Shown here piece by piece: positions 10,241 to 19,968 of a stretch of DNA of 64,000 bases. The translations under genes and the position numbers were made by a program. Source of the DNA: an uncultured Verrucomicrobiae bacterium (GTDB taxonomy: Bacteria > Verrucomicrobiota > Verrucomicrobiia > Chthoniobacterales > UBA10450); contig CAVTMK010000002.1 in assembly GCA_963735805.1 (NCBI GenBank), positions 1,024,001 to 1,088,000 of the forward strand. The letters run 5' to 3'. The notes beneath the pieces were generated by a model. That model saw nothing but the letters and a program-made list of their open reading frames with translations. It made no database searches and had not been told where the DNA came from. Positions within the stretch are counted from its first letter, which is position 1. Each line of letters begins with the position of its first letter.

Positions 10241-10852
10241 ATGCCTGCTATCGGAATCACGGGCGGAATTTCCACGGGCAAAAGCACATTTTGTAACTCC
10301 CTTCGCGAGTTTGTGCCGACAGCGAAATTCTTTGATGCCGATCTGGCAGCGCGGTCGCTTGCGGAACTTCCGGAGATAAAACACGAAATTCTTGGCGAAT
10401 TTGGCAACGGGGTCTTTTCACCGACCGGGGACTTGAATCGAACGAAACTTCGGGCGATAGTATTTATAGACGCGGCCAAGAGACGCGCGCTCGAACAAAT
10501 TCTTCACCCTCGGATTCGTCGCCAGTGGATGGCGGAAGCGAAAAAGCATCGTAATTCTCCCGATTTTTTCTTTGCTGACATTCCACTTCTTTATGAGACC
10601 GGTGGTGAAAGATGGTGCGAACGAGTGGTTGTGGTCGCCTGCTCGCGAAAGGTGCAGTTAGACCGGTTGGCGAAGCGAACATCTCTCAAAGGCTCGGAAG
10701 CCGAACAAATGCTGAACTCACAAATGCCACTCGAGGAAAAAATTAAGCGTGCGAACCAGGTCGTTTGGAATAACGGCGATCGTGGGACCCTGCTGGAGCA
10801 AGCGAAGAAGCTCGTGGGGTTTTGGCAAGAGCAATCATGGACGAAAACCTAA
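10241..10852 (+). CDS. coaE: Dephospho-CoA kinase
   Basis: IGITGGISTGKS P-loop, LEQILHPRI, DIPLLYE, SQMPLEEK. Confidence 0.95.
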   Translation: MPAIGITGGISTGKSTFCNSLREFVPTAKFFDADLAARSLAELPEIKHEILGEFGNGVFSPTGDLNRTKLRAIVFIDAAKRRALEQILHPRIRRQWMAEAKKHRNSPDFFFADIPLLYETGGERWCERVVVVACSRKVQLDRLAKRTSLKGSEAEQMLNSQMPLEEKIKRANQVVWNNGDRGTLLEQAKKLVGFWQEQSWTKT

Positions 10853-12225
10853 CGAAGCAGATTGCGCAGGGTGTCGACGTTGCTGCGGAAGAGGAGAGGG
10901 AAGGGCGATCTTCAAATTCCGGCGACGATTTACAAGCTACGGCACCTCGCACTAAGCGGGCCAGCGCGCGCCCGCTCGATTTAAACCAGCTCCAAGAGTC
11001 TTCGGGTGAAGAGATGGAGGCATCAGCACGCGAATGGGAGGTATATCTGCATCCCGCACGCTCGCGGCATCAGCACATTCTTGATATCATTCGGGCGGCA
11101 TTAGCCAGTGGCGACACTGTTACCGTGGAAGGTTTTCTGGACCAGTTGGGCGATTCCTTTGCCATGTTGCGCTGGCCAAAATTGAACTTTCTGCCCGTTC
11201 CAGAGGATGTTTGCGTAGCTCGCGCCCTCATTGAGCAACACCATTTGCGCCCCGGACAAAAGATTGCGGGAACCGTGCAATTACCAGGCCAGCGCGGCAA
11301 GTTTCTGTCTCTTGAGAAGGTAACAAGAATTGAGGGGAAGGCAGCTGAGGAATGGACGGAAATCACCGACTTTGAGAAGCTAACTCCGCAATTTCCGCAG
11401 GGCAGGATCATTCTGGAAAATCCCAAAACGGATTCCATTACCGTGCGGGCCGTGGATTTGCTGGCGCCGTTGGGCCACGGGCAACGCGGGCTTATCGTGG
11501 CGCCCCCGCGAGTAGGCAAGACCATTTTGTTAAAGGAGATCGCCAAAGCGATCCGAGTGAACCATCCTGACATCGTTCTCATATTGCTTTTGGTCGACGA
11601 GCGACCGGAAGAAGTGACGGACCTGGAGCGGGAGGTCGACTGCCAGATTTATCATTCGAACTTTGACGAAAGCGTGCAGCGACATGTGCAAGTCGCAGAG
11701 ATGGTCATGGAACGCGCCAAACGCCTCGTGGAAATGAAACACGACGTGGTGCTCTTACTTGACAGTATCACGCGTCTTTCGCGCGGGTACAACAATTTGC
11801 AGTCGGGCAGGGGACGAATCATGTCCGGAGGCGTAGAGGCCAAGGCGCTGACTAAGCCAAAGAAATTTTTCGGTTCGGCGCGAAATGTGGAAGAAGGCGG
11901 CAGTCTCACTGTGCTCGCGACGGCTTTGACCGAAACCGGCAGTCGAATGGATGAATTAATTTTCGAAGAGTTTAAGGGCACTGGCAATATGGAGTTGCAC
12001 CTTGATCGTGCCCTACAGGAGAAACGGCTCTACCCGGCAATCCACCCGATGCTCTCAGCGACCCGGCGCGAGGAATTGCTCTATCATCCCGATGAATGGG
12101 AACGCGTCCTGATGTTGCGCAAGACGATGGCATCGCTTCCGCCTCTCGAAGCGATGGAGAAGCTGATCGATAATCTGAATGCCACCAAAACCAACGCTGA
12201 ATTGCTATTGAGCGGATTGCGCTGA
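10837..12225 (+). CDS. rho: Transcription termination factor Rho, divergent RNA-binding domain
   Basis: [49 protein letters not shown]. Confidence 0.93.
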   Translation: MDENLTKQIAQGVDVAAEEEREGRSSNSGDDLQATAPRTKRASARPLDLNQLQESSGEEMEASAREWEVYLHPARSRHQHILDIIRAALASGDTVTVEGFLDQLGDSFAMLRWPKLNFLPVPEDVCVARALIEQHHLRPGQKIAGTVQLPGQRGKFLSLEKVTRIEGKAAEEWTEITDFEKLTPQFPQGRIILENPKTDSITVRAVDLLAPLGHGQRGLIVAPPRVGKTILLKEIAKAIRVNHPDIVLILLLVDERPEEVTDLEREVDCQIYHSNFDESVQRHVQVAEMVMERAKRLVEMKHDVVLLLDSITRLSRGYNNLQSGRGRIMSGGVEAKALTKPKKFFGSARNVEEGGSLTVLATALTETGSRMDELIFEEFKGTGNMELHLDRALQEKRLYPAIHPMLSATRREELLYHPDEWERVLMLRKTMASLPPLEAMEKLIDNLNATKTNAELLLSGLR

Positions 12226-12233
12226 CGCGAAAT

Positions 12234-13379
12234 GTGATTACGGGCGCCGCGGAACTCGCAAAATTAATTGAGCAAATCGAATCTGCCGACCGGGTAGCAG
12301 TCGATACTGAAGCAGACAGTCTGCATTCATATCGGGAAAAGCTTTGTCTGCTCCAGATCAGCGTCCCGGTGGCGGGCAGGACCGCCGGTAATGATGTGAA
12401 ACAAGATCTGGTGCCAGCTGAGTCTACGCCGGCTGTTCGCGATTGTATGGTCGACCCGCTGGCTAATATCGATCTACAGCCGTTTCGCCGGGTATTGGAA
12501 ACCAAGGAGATTGTTTTACATGGCGCCGACTACGATCTGCGAATGCTGCGCCGCGGTTTGAACCTCGTGGCGAGTAGACTCTTCGACACTATGATTGCAG
12601 CCCGTTTACTTGGCATTCGCGAATTTAGCCTCGCTGCATTGATTAAACGTTACTTCGGCCTCGCGCTCGTGAAGGGTTCGCAAAAGGCGAACTGGGCACA
12701 ACGACCGTTGCCTGCACGCATGGCTGAATACGCGATTAATGACGTTCATTATTTGCTTCCCCTTGCTGAGAAATTGGAAGCGGAATTGGATCGTTGTGAA
12801 CGCCGGGATTGGCTCCGCCAATCATGTCAGCGGGCAATCGAGCAGGCATCTGTGGCGCGTGTCCGTAGCCAGGACGACCTTTGGCGTATTCGTGGGTCTG
12901 GCTCTCTGCGTGGGCGCGCGGCTGCGGTACTTCGCGCGCTTTGGCAATGGCGCGAAACAGAAGCAGAAATGGTAGATCGTCCGCCATTCCACATTTTGCA
13001 GAATCACGATCTCCTAAAGGCTTCGGTGAACTTCGCTTCGGGAAGCGTTCCCGACTATAGACATTTTTCCCACCGCCGGCGTCAAGCCTTTCTCGAAGCA
13101 GCGCAAAGCGGACTGCAGACGCCCGAATCGGAATGGCCAGTGTCGCGCCGGCGCTTTGGAACCCGACCGAGCGCTGAGACAATCCAAGGCGCGGACGAAC
13201 TGCGGCGCCGACGCGACAAATCTGCTGACGAGTGCGGGCTGGAGCCATCATTTGTTGCGGCGCGGAGCACGCTCGAGGCGATTGGCGCGGATCACACACG
13301 AGCAATGGCATTGCTGGTTCCGTGGCAATGTGAGCTGCTTGGTCTCTCCATTTCCACAAAAACGCCTACAAATACATAG
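12234..13379 (+). CDS. rnd: Ribonuclease D (DEDDy exonuclease with HRDC domain)
   Basis: AVDTEADSLHSYREKLCLLQIS, HGADYD, FDTMIAA, YAINDV; HRDC segment WRETEAEMVDRPPFHIL. Confidence 0.88.
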   Translation: MITGAAELAKLIEQIESADRVAVDTEADSLHSYREKLCLLQISVPVAGRTAGNDVKQDLVPAESTPAVRDCMVDPLANIDLQPFRRVLETKEIVLHGADYDLRMLRRGLNLVASRLFDTMIAARLLGIREFSLAALIKRYFGLALVKGSQKANWAQRPLPARMAEYAINDVHYLLPLAEKLEAELDRCERRDWLRQSCQRAIEQASVARVRSQDDLWRIRGSGSLRGRAAAVLRALWQWRETEAEMVDRPPFHILQNHDLLKASVNFASGSVPDYRHFSHRRRQAFLEAAQSGLQTPESEWPVSRRRFGTRPSAETIQGADELRRRRDKSADECGLEPSFVAARSTLEAIGADHTRAMALLVPWQCELLGLSISTKTPTNT

Positions 13380-13589
13380 ACGGTTCTACATGAAATGGAT
13401 AGAACAATGGCTGGGATCGGTTGCCGCCTGGCCATTGCGCCGTTTTGTAAAACGAAAAAGAATTTGAAGGTTTTTCCGAACTTGGCTGTGCCATTTCCGG
13501 ATTAGTACCTTGGAATAGTGTAGAAAATCCTTGACCTAACAAGGTTTAAGCCTCAAAAAAGGCCGCCAGAATTAGGTCTTTCGACCACA

Positions 13590-14429
13590 GTGCGAATGAA
13601 CCGCCAGCTTGGCCTCGTTTTCATAACAGTCACCGCGTCGCTTGCGACGTGGTGTCCGAGTCAATTAAATGCAGCTTCGACGATAGAAGCACGCGTCACG
13701 AGACTAAGAAATCATGTTCAGCTGGAGGATTCCAGGAGCACCCCGCGACAGGCCTCGATGAATGACGTCGTTCATGAAGGGACCGTTGTGCAGACCGGAA
13801 AGGAATCGCGCAGCGAGCTGACCTTTTCCGACGAAACCGTTGTGCGTCTTGCGGCTCAGACTGCAGTTAATTTCAATCACGGTACGCGCGGTTTGAGTCT
13901 CAGCGAGGGCGCCGTGCTGATTCAGGCTCCGAAGGGAGCCCGTGGTGCGACAATTCGCGCGGGCAGTGTCGCAGCAGCAGTGGCCGGAACCACTGTGATG
14001 ATCGAATACCATCCCGGTCTGTACAAGCTTCTGGTGTTGGAAGGCACCGGGCGATTGTATCGCCCTGGGCACCTCGGCGATTCGGTTCTCGTTTCTGCAG
14101 GGCAGATGGTGATCGGTACTCCAGACGCAGCCGTCAGTGAGCCCGTGGACGTAGATATTGACCGTTTCCTGAAGACGAGCGGCCTTATTAAGGATTTTCC
14201 TCCATTGCACAACGAGAAGTCGATCGTTGCAGAGAGTCAGAAGCAGCAGCGCGAGAGATCGAACAAAACTTTGGTCGGCACAAACATGGTCATTTTTGGT
14301 GGTGGCACGCAAGTTTCTGTTACCGATCAGGGCGAGGCTGATACAGTAGATCACAAATCTGCCGCACTGGTGACGCCACCGCATCGGTTGCCCACTTTCA
14401 GTCCTAACGCAGCTCCCGCATTACCGTAG
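13590..14429 (+). CDS. Secreted FecR-domain protein
   Basis: Signal peptide; QTGKESRSELTFSDETVVRL, LSEGAVL, VAGT, VLEG FecR-type strands. Confidence 0.8.
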   Translation: MRMNRQLGLVFITVTASLATWCPSQLNAASTIEARVTRLRNHVQLEDSRSTPRQASMNDVVHEGTVVQTGKESRSELTFSDETVVRLAAQTAVNFNHGTRGLSLSEGAVLIQAPKGARGATIRAGSVAAAVAGTTVMIEYHPGLYKLLVLEGTGRLYRPGHLGDSVLVSAGQMVIGTPDAAVSEPVDVDIDRFLKTSGLIKDFPPLHNEKSIVAESQKQQRERSNKTLVGTNMVIFGGGTQVSVTDQGEADTVDHKSAALVTPPHRLPTFSPNAAPALP

Positions 14430-14439
14430 TTGTCCAATT

Positions 14440-17400
14440 ATGAAAAAGTCTCTAGTGCAAGCTTCCCCGGCAGGACTGATTTTCCTTTGTTCGCTCGTTG
14501 GCACAGCGCCCTTTGTTGCAGCAGATCAACTTCAAAAAGCACGCGTGTCGCAGGTAGTCCAGGACGTACGTTTGATGGAAGCCCATGGCGGGCCGCGTCC
14601 GGCGGCCGTGAACGATACAGTCACGCAGCAGATGGGGGTGCGCACAGGCGTCGAATCACGCGCGGAACTGACTTTCACCGATCTGACGATAACGCGACTG
14701 GGCGCAAACACGATTTTCAGTTTTAAGCAGGGCGCGCGCGAAGTTGATCTGACGAGTGGTGCTGTTCTTCTGCAGATTCCGCCCAAAGCACCGGCAGTAA
14801 AGGTCAGCACATCGGCAGTTACCGCGGCAGTGACCGGTGGAACGGCTCTTTTTTCCACAGGCCCACCGACGAAATTCATGGTCTTGGAAGGGATCGGCAC
14901 GTTCTTTCCCACTGGTCATCCTGAAAGAGCTGCGACCATAAATGGCGGCGAAATGATGACGATGACGGCAGACGGGCGCATGACGAGACCAGAGAAGTTT
15001 GATGTAAAGCTAGTTCTCAAGACGTCGCGTTTGATTAAGGATTTTCCGCCGCTCGAAAACATGCCGTTAGTAATGGCAGTCGTGGACCTTCAGGTCGCAG
15101 AGCAGCAATTAGCTGGTTTAAACAGCCAGGCCCTGGCCAGAAACCTGGTAAACGTGATTGGCACGACGGATCAAAACACGAACTCGAATCCTGCTGTTTT
15201 AGTAGACAACTCGTCCCCGCGTCCGACGCCGCCACCAATAACGCCCACTCCTCCCCCGATAACGCCCACCCCGCCGCCGCCGACTCCAACGGCATCGCCG
15301 TCAGGAACGCCAATTAAATTTGGTACGCCCAGCACCATCAGTTCCCCCAATCCCTACCTGATAACGAGCGACACTGTCATTACGACGGATCCCTCGATCA
15401 CTACGAACGGCGTGACGGATTACGGCAAGATTTATCGTGGACAATCGATTGACGGTCCTGTCTCTGCGTGGGCGTTCGGATCGACATCGGCTTTTGACAC
15501 AGCAAGCGGTTTCGATGGCCTGATTGGCGATAATTCCGGGGCGGCGTTCAAGTTCACTGCGCTCCAGCTAACGGGTGATCCAATGATCGACACGACAAAT
15601 GGCGAAATCAATCTGGGTCTTATCGCGGTTAACGGCATTACTTCCGGCGGTCCAGGCGGTGTGTTGACCTTCTCGGGTATCCGCGGGCTATTGCTTGCGA
15701 CGCAGAATGGTCCGATCACTTTGGGTCCCGAAATCTCCTTCTCCGGTTTGCACGATCTGACAATTTACGCGCGCGGTTCCGGCAGTGACCTGACACTGGG
15801 TTCCGATATCAACACATCGAGCCAGGTCCGCCTGTTGGCCGAACGCGACATGTCGATCACGTCGAGTATCACAACGGAAGATTTATATGTGTTTGTTGGA
15901 CGCAATCTGAATTGGACCAACCTGACTTCCAACGAAACTGCGTCTGATTCTAACGGCAATGTGAGTATTTCTGCCGGCCAGACATTTAATGTTGCAAATG
16001 ATCTGACGATCATTCGAAGAAACGGGGGGACTACTTCGGGTCTCAATATCCTTCTTCAGGCCGGCAACGACCTGTTAGTCGGCGGCAACCTTTCAGTCGC
16101 CACCGATATTAGTAATTTAACAAATGGGGGCAACATCGGTATTGCAACGGGCAGAAATCTTACCGTGGATGGATCGCTTGGGTTGCTGACAGCGGCGATC
16201 GCACCATCAGGAAGCGTGCAGAGCGGTGGAAATGTGACGCTCGCCGTCGGCAACGACCTGACGACTCACAATAATGCCAATTCCGCAGGAATTGACCTCG
16301 AGATAATCACGCCATTTCAGCAAACAATTAATTCCGGCGCGAATCTGGTTTTAGCCATCGGACATAATCTGGTTACGGACCCGGGTGGCGATACGACCCT
16401 TTTCGTCAACAACGACGTGAACCGCGTCGTCAATGGAGGGAGAATTCTCGGTACGATCGGAGGGAATCTTCAGACCAACGATCTAACGGTCGGACTCTCA
16501 AACAATGGGGGAGAAATCGACACCGGAGGAAATGTTAGCCTGGAGGTCTCCGGAGATATCACAGCTCAGGGCGACTCTATTTTCGAAATCCAAAACCAAG
16601 GTGGAACAATGGGGCAGAACGCCCGGGTGCAGATAGCTGCAGCCAACATTGACGCAGACTCTTTGTTGGCCCAGATCGACAACAGCCACGGAGGTGTCAT
16701 CAGCGGACCCGCTGTCATCAATATGAACGTAGCTGGCAACGCTAACGTGACCAATGATGCGACACTTGCCATCTACGGCAGCGATGGGGCGATATCTAGC
16801 GCGATTCGAATTAACGATGGTGATTACAACGTCGGGGGCACTTTTCTTAGCTATATCGACGGGAATGGAGCAATTACCTTCAATAGCGCCAGCGCTCACG
16901 CAGATATACTCAAAGCCGGCGTATTTGGCGCAAACGGCGTGCTCAATATCGGCGGTGGCAATCTGTCGGCTGACACGATATTGAAACTCTACGCTCCTGG
17001 GAGCAATGGCCAGCTCAACTTTGTTTCTAACGTTACCCTCGGTGGGAACAGCGCCAAGATTCTCGCGGCGAATTCAATTACGATATTCGACAACGTTGTA
17101 GTTACTATTGGCGGCGGCGTTCCGGCTTCTGTCTATACAAATAACCCTAATTACTCGGAACAGTGGGGCGGTAATGGTAGTACAACTGGCACGTTCGCTG
17201 GCGCGGGCGCGAAGCGGCCACAGCCGCTGTCCGAAGCTCCGCCATTCGGTGGTTCGTCGCCCGGTAGTCCGACCCATGGAAAAAGGATGACGAAAGTGAT
17301 CAATATCAAGAACACCGACCAGTTACTTGGCTTACTCGATGGCGGTGTCCTCGGCCCCGACGGAAGGCTAAGATTCCCCCGCCAGGGGCATCGCCACGGA

Positions 17401-17526
17401 GCAAACGCAGATCGCATCAATTTCAATCGTGTGATGAAAGCAGACCGCGACATGGCGGATATTCGACGCATTCGCGATCATGGTGTGGTTACTAATCGTC
17501 TTGGTAACGCGACGCGACCGTTCTAG
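14440..17526 (+). CDS. Large secreted protein: FecR domain, Pro/Thr linker, Gly/Asn-rich beta-solenoid repeats
   Basis: RTGVESRAELTFTDLTITRLGANT; PTPPP linker; repeats such as GGNVTLAVGNDL, GANLVLAIGHNL and GGNVSLEVSGDI. Confidence 0.8.
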   Translation: MKKSLVQASPAGLIFLCSLVGTAPFVAADQLQKARVSQVVQDVRLMEAHGGPRPAAVNDTVTQQMGVRTGVESRAELTFTDLTITRLGANTIFSFKQGAREVDLTSGAVLLQIPPKAPAVKVSTSAVTAAVTGGTALFSTGPPTKFMVLEGIGTFFPTGHPERAATINGGEMMTMTADGRMTRPEKFDVKLVLKTSRLIKDFPPLENMPLVMAVVDLQVAEQQLAGLNSQALARNLVNVIGTTDQNTNSNPAVLVDNSSPRPTPPPITPTPPPITPTPPPPTPTASPSGTPIKFGTPSTISSPNPYLITSDTVITTDPSITTNGVTDYGKIYRGQSIDGPVSAWAFGSTSAFDTASGFDGLIGDNSGAAFKFTALQLTGDPMIDTTNGEINLGLIAVNGITSGGPGGVLTFSGIRGLLLATQNGPITLGPEISFSGLHDLTIYARGSGSDLTLGSDINTSSQVRLLAERDMSITSSITTEDLYVFVGRNLNWTNLTSNETASDSNGNVSISAGQTFNVANDLTIIRRNGGTTSGLNILLQAGNDLLVGGNLSVATDISNLTNGGNIGIATGRNLTVDGSLGLLTAAIAPSGSVQSGGNVTLAVGNDLTTHNNANSAGIDLEIITPFQQTINSGANLVLAIGHNLVTDPGGDTTLFVNNDVNRVVNGGRILGTIGGNLQTNDLTVGLSNNGGEIDTGGNVSLEVSGDITAQGDSIFEIQNQGGTMGQNARVQIAAANIDADSLLAQIDNSHGGVISGPAVINMNVAGNANVTNDATLAIYGSDGAISSAIRINDGDYNVGGTFLSYIDGNGAITFNSASAHADILKAGVFGANGVLNIGGGNLSADTILKLYAPGSNGQLNFVSNVTLGGNSAKILAANSITIFDNVVVTIGGGVPASVYTNNPNYSEQWGGNGSTTGTFAGAGAKRPQPLSEAPPFGGSSPGSPTHGKRMTKVINIKNTDQLLGLLDGGVLGPDGRLRFPRQGHRHGANADRINFNRVMKADRDMADIRRIRDHGVVTNRLGNATRPF

Positions 17527-17607
17527 TTAGTAAGCAACTGGTATTTTCAACCTGCTCATCGATATGGCTGAAAAGATTAGCGCCGTGGACGATGAAAGAA
17601 GCAGCAA

Positions 17608-18597
17608 GTGGTCCTGTTTGTGAGACATCGCCTCAACCCTCATTTGTCCGGGTTGGTCGCGACGTTGTGCGCGCTTTTTTTCACCCTGGCAGATGAGGGC
17701 TGGGCGCAGACGGCGAACCAGGCGCAGTTGACCCGCGAACAGGCTCCGTCGGCCTTTCCTGCCCCTGTGCCGAGCGGGCCGGAAGGTGGAAATGTCACCG
17801 GGGCGCCTGGCGATTCCGAGCTGGGCGAGCAGCAAATCCTCAAACGAGTCGATGAATATCAACCATTCACGATCTCTGCTGGTATGCCCTTTTACTGGAC
17901 GTCAAACGTTGCCCTTACACGAAGCGGGGAGCAGAGTGACTTTGTCGTTGCGCCTTCAGCAGCAGCCTTTTACGAGCCGCGAATCACCAACACGTTGTAC
18001 GGATTAGTCGATGTGCGGGAGCAGCTGTTTTATTACGATAAATTCGACAACTTCAATTTTGGCAGTTTTGATTTTGAAGTCGGCTTAAGATATCTCGTGC
18101 CGCAATGGCATAATCTGCTCTTGCGAATTGAGTACGATTATAACCGGCTGACCGAGAAAAACACGTTTGCAGCCTTTTTTCAAAACCATGCCTGTATCAT
18201 CGACGCGGAGATCCCGTTCCGCTTTGGCCGCGCTCAAACGCTTACTTTGGGCACCGACCTAAATATCAGCATGGCAGCGAGCGAATCGCATCAGGCTCCA
18301 AACATTAACGCGATTTCAGCACAGCGAAGTGATTACGCAGTCTATCTCGGTTATTCGGCGTTTCTCACACGTTCCTTTTATGTCAATGCCGTCGGTACCT
18401 TCGTCGTGCGGCAGTATTATCAGGGAGGTCGCGATGACATTAGCGAAATTCTTGCCTTAACGGCGAACTATCGCGTGAATAAATATCTCACACTGAGTGC
18501 CGTGAGTACATTGGCCGCGAGCCAATCGAACCAAAGCGTTTTCGATTACCAAGTGGCTAACCTCGGAGGCGCGGTGGCCCTACAGGTAAAATTCTAG
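17608..18597 (+). CDS. Outer-membrane beta-barrel protein
   Basis: Signal peptide, amphipathic aromatic-rich strands, C-terminal beta-signal GGAVALQVKF. Confidence 0.75.
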   Translation: MVLFVRHRLNPHLSGLVATLCALFFTLADEGWAQTANQAQLTREQAPSAFPAPVPSGPEGGNVTGAPGDSELGEQQILKRVDEYQPFTISAGMPFYWTSNVALTRSGEQSDFVVAPSAAAFYEPRITNTLYGLVDVREQLFYYDKFDNFNFGSFDFEVGLRYLVPQWHNLLLRIEYDYNRLTEKNTFAAFFQNHACIIDAEIPFRFGRAQTLTLGTDLNISMAASESHQAPNINAISAQRSDYAVYLGYSAFLTRSFYVNAVGTFVVRQYYQGGRDDISEILALTANYRVNKYLTLSAVSTLAASQSNQSVFDYQVANLGGAVALQVKF

Positions 18598-18632
18598 GGT
18601 TCGCTGGATAAACTGTCCCACCAGCCCGGTTC

Positions 18633-19370
18633 CTAGGGAATAACCAGGGTTTGGCCAACCGTAAGTTTTTTCGGGTCATGAATATTCTTCCGGTTCGCGT
18701 TCAGAATGTCTTTCCAACGCGTGGGCGATTTATAGAACTTCCGCGAAATAGAAAATAGCGTGTCGCCTGACTGAACCGTGTAAGAGCGCTCTCCTTTCCT
18801 GGACGCCAGTTTTTTAGAGCTTGTATCGTTTTCTGGTGATTTGTCCGTCACACTTCGGGCCGGCGCGGCGCGCGCTTCGAGTTCTTTGTGCAAATTAAGA
18901 TTTTCGTTTCGCAAGCGGGCCGCCTCCGACCGGGTGATCACAGAATCGCCGGACAACACCGTTAGCGCGGCGATTTCATCGCGTTTTATGGAGTTTTTGA
19001 CGTCGGCAGCGTGAGGGCCAGTTGGACTCAATACCAAATAACGTTTGAAATGATGCAGCGCACTTACCGGATCGTTCAGTTTGTCGTCATAAAGAAGAGC
19101 CAGTTTATAATGGACCTCAGCGTTCCGGGTGCTCTCGGAGTCGTCGAGCGCGGCTTCATACAAATTGATTGCGCGCGTAAAGTCTCCTTGCGCCGATTTG
19201 GTATCTGCGTCCTGAACTAACTGTGTGTGGCGCGAAGCGCCCAGGCGATCGCAGCCGGCCAAACCGAAAATGAAAAAGACCGACAGCCAAGCGCAAGCGG
19301 TGATTGTCTTTCGTGACAGCAAACAGCCTGAGCACGATCGAACGGACCGAAACTTGTCAGTGCAGGACAT
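18633..19370 (-). CDS. TPR + LysM lipoprotein (start uncertain)
   Basis: Lipobox LAGC, TPR helices, C-terminal YTVQSGDTLFSISRKFY...LTVGQTLVIP. Confidence 0.85.
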   Translation of the reverse strand: MSCTDKFRSVRSCSGCLLSRKTITACAWLSVFFIFGLAGCDRLGASRHTQLVQDADTKSAQGDFTRAINLYEAALDDSESTRNAEVHYKLALLYDDKLNDPVSALHHFKRYLVLSPTGPHAADVKNSIKRDEIAALTVLSGDSVITRSEAARLRNENLNLHKELEARAAPARSVTDKSPENDTSSKKLASRKGERSYTVQSGDTLFSISRKFYKSPTRWKDILNANRKNIHDPKKLTVGQTLVIP

Positions 19371-19390
19371 CGTTGCCAATTTGCTTACTT

Positions 19391-19954
19391 GTGAATCCGC
19401 ACGCACTTCAAATCTTTTTCCTTGGAGCAACATTGTTTTTAGGCTGCGACACGTGTGTACATGGAGCCCTGTCCATCGGAACAACCTATCCGTTCAATTT
19501 TGTCGATATTGACGGGGACAAGCTTTCTACGGCTGACGGACATGTCACCATCATCGTCCTGGCCACGCCTGCAGATCGAGAAAAGGCAAAAGCGGTGGGC
19601 GACCGCGTTCCTGAACATTGTTTGGGCAACCCGGATTATAGGATGATCACAATTATTCGTTTTACGCGACGACACCTTGCGCTCGGACGAAGGATCGCCA
19701 CTGCCCTCGTCCGGCACCGTGTTAATGAAGAGGCCACTCGACTTCAAGCGCGATACAAGGGGAAGGGGATCGAACGTGACGCCCGGAAAGACATCTTCGT
19801 CGTGACTGATTTTGATGGGTCGATCTCGTCGCAGCTTGGCGAATCAACGGGCGCAACGGATTTTTGCGTTTTCGTGTTCGGGCGAAATGGCGAATTGCTT
19901 GCTCAATGGCATGACGTCCCGAGTGCCGAGCAATTGGCCGCGGCGGTAAAGTGA
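19391..19954 (+). CDS. Exported hypothetical protein, thioredoxin-like fold without CxxC (start uncertain)
   Basis: FVDIDG...VVTDFDG...VFVFGRNGELLAQW pattern typical of redoxin-like folds. Start moved to the GTG that avoids overlap with the LysM gene. Confidence 0.6.
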   Translation: MNPHALQIFFLGATLFLGCDTCVHGALSIGTTYPFNFVDIDGDKLSTADGHVTIIVLATPADREKAKAVGDRVPEHCLGNPDYRMITIIRFTRRHLALGRRIATALVRHRVNEEATRLQARYKGKGIERDARKDIFVVTDFDGSISSQLGESTGATDFCVFVFGRNGELLAQWHDVPSAEQLAAAVK

Positions 19955-19968
19955 TCTCCACAGGTCTC

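Noticed and set aside
13390..13467. 25-aa Trp-rich ORF MKWIEQWLGSVAAWPLRRFVKRKRI as a Trp attenuator peptide
   Set aside because: Trp codons are not tandem, no terminator/antiterminator is evident, and downstream genes are unrelated to Trp.
13590..17526. Classical FecIRA iron-uptake signalling
   Set aside because: No ECF sigma, TonB-dependent receptor or N-terminal anti-sigma domain.
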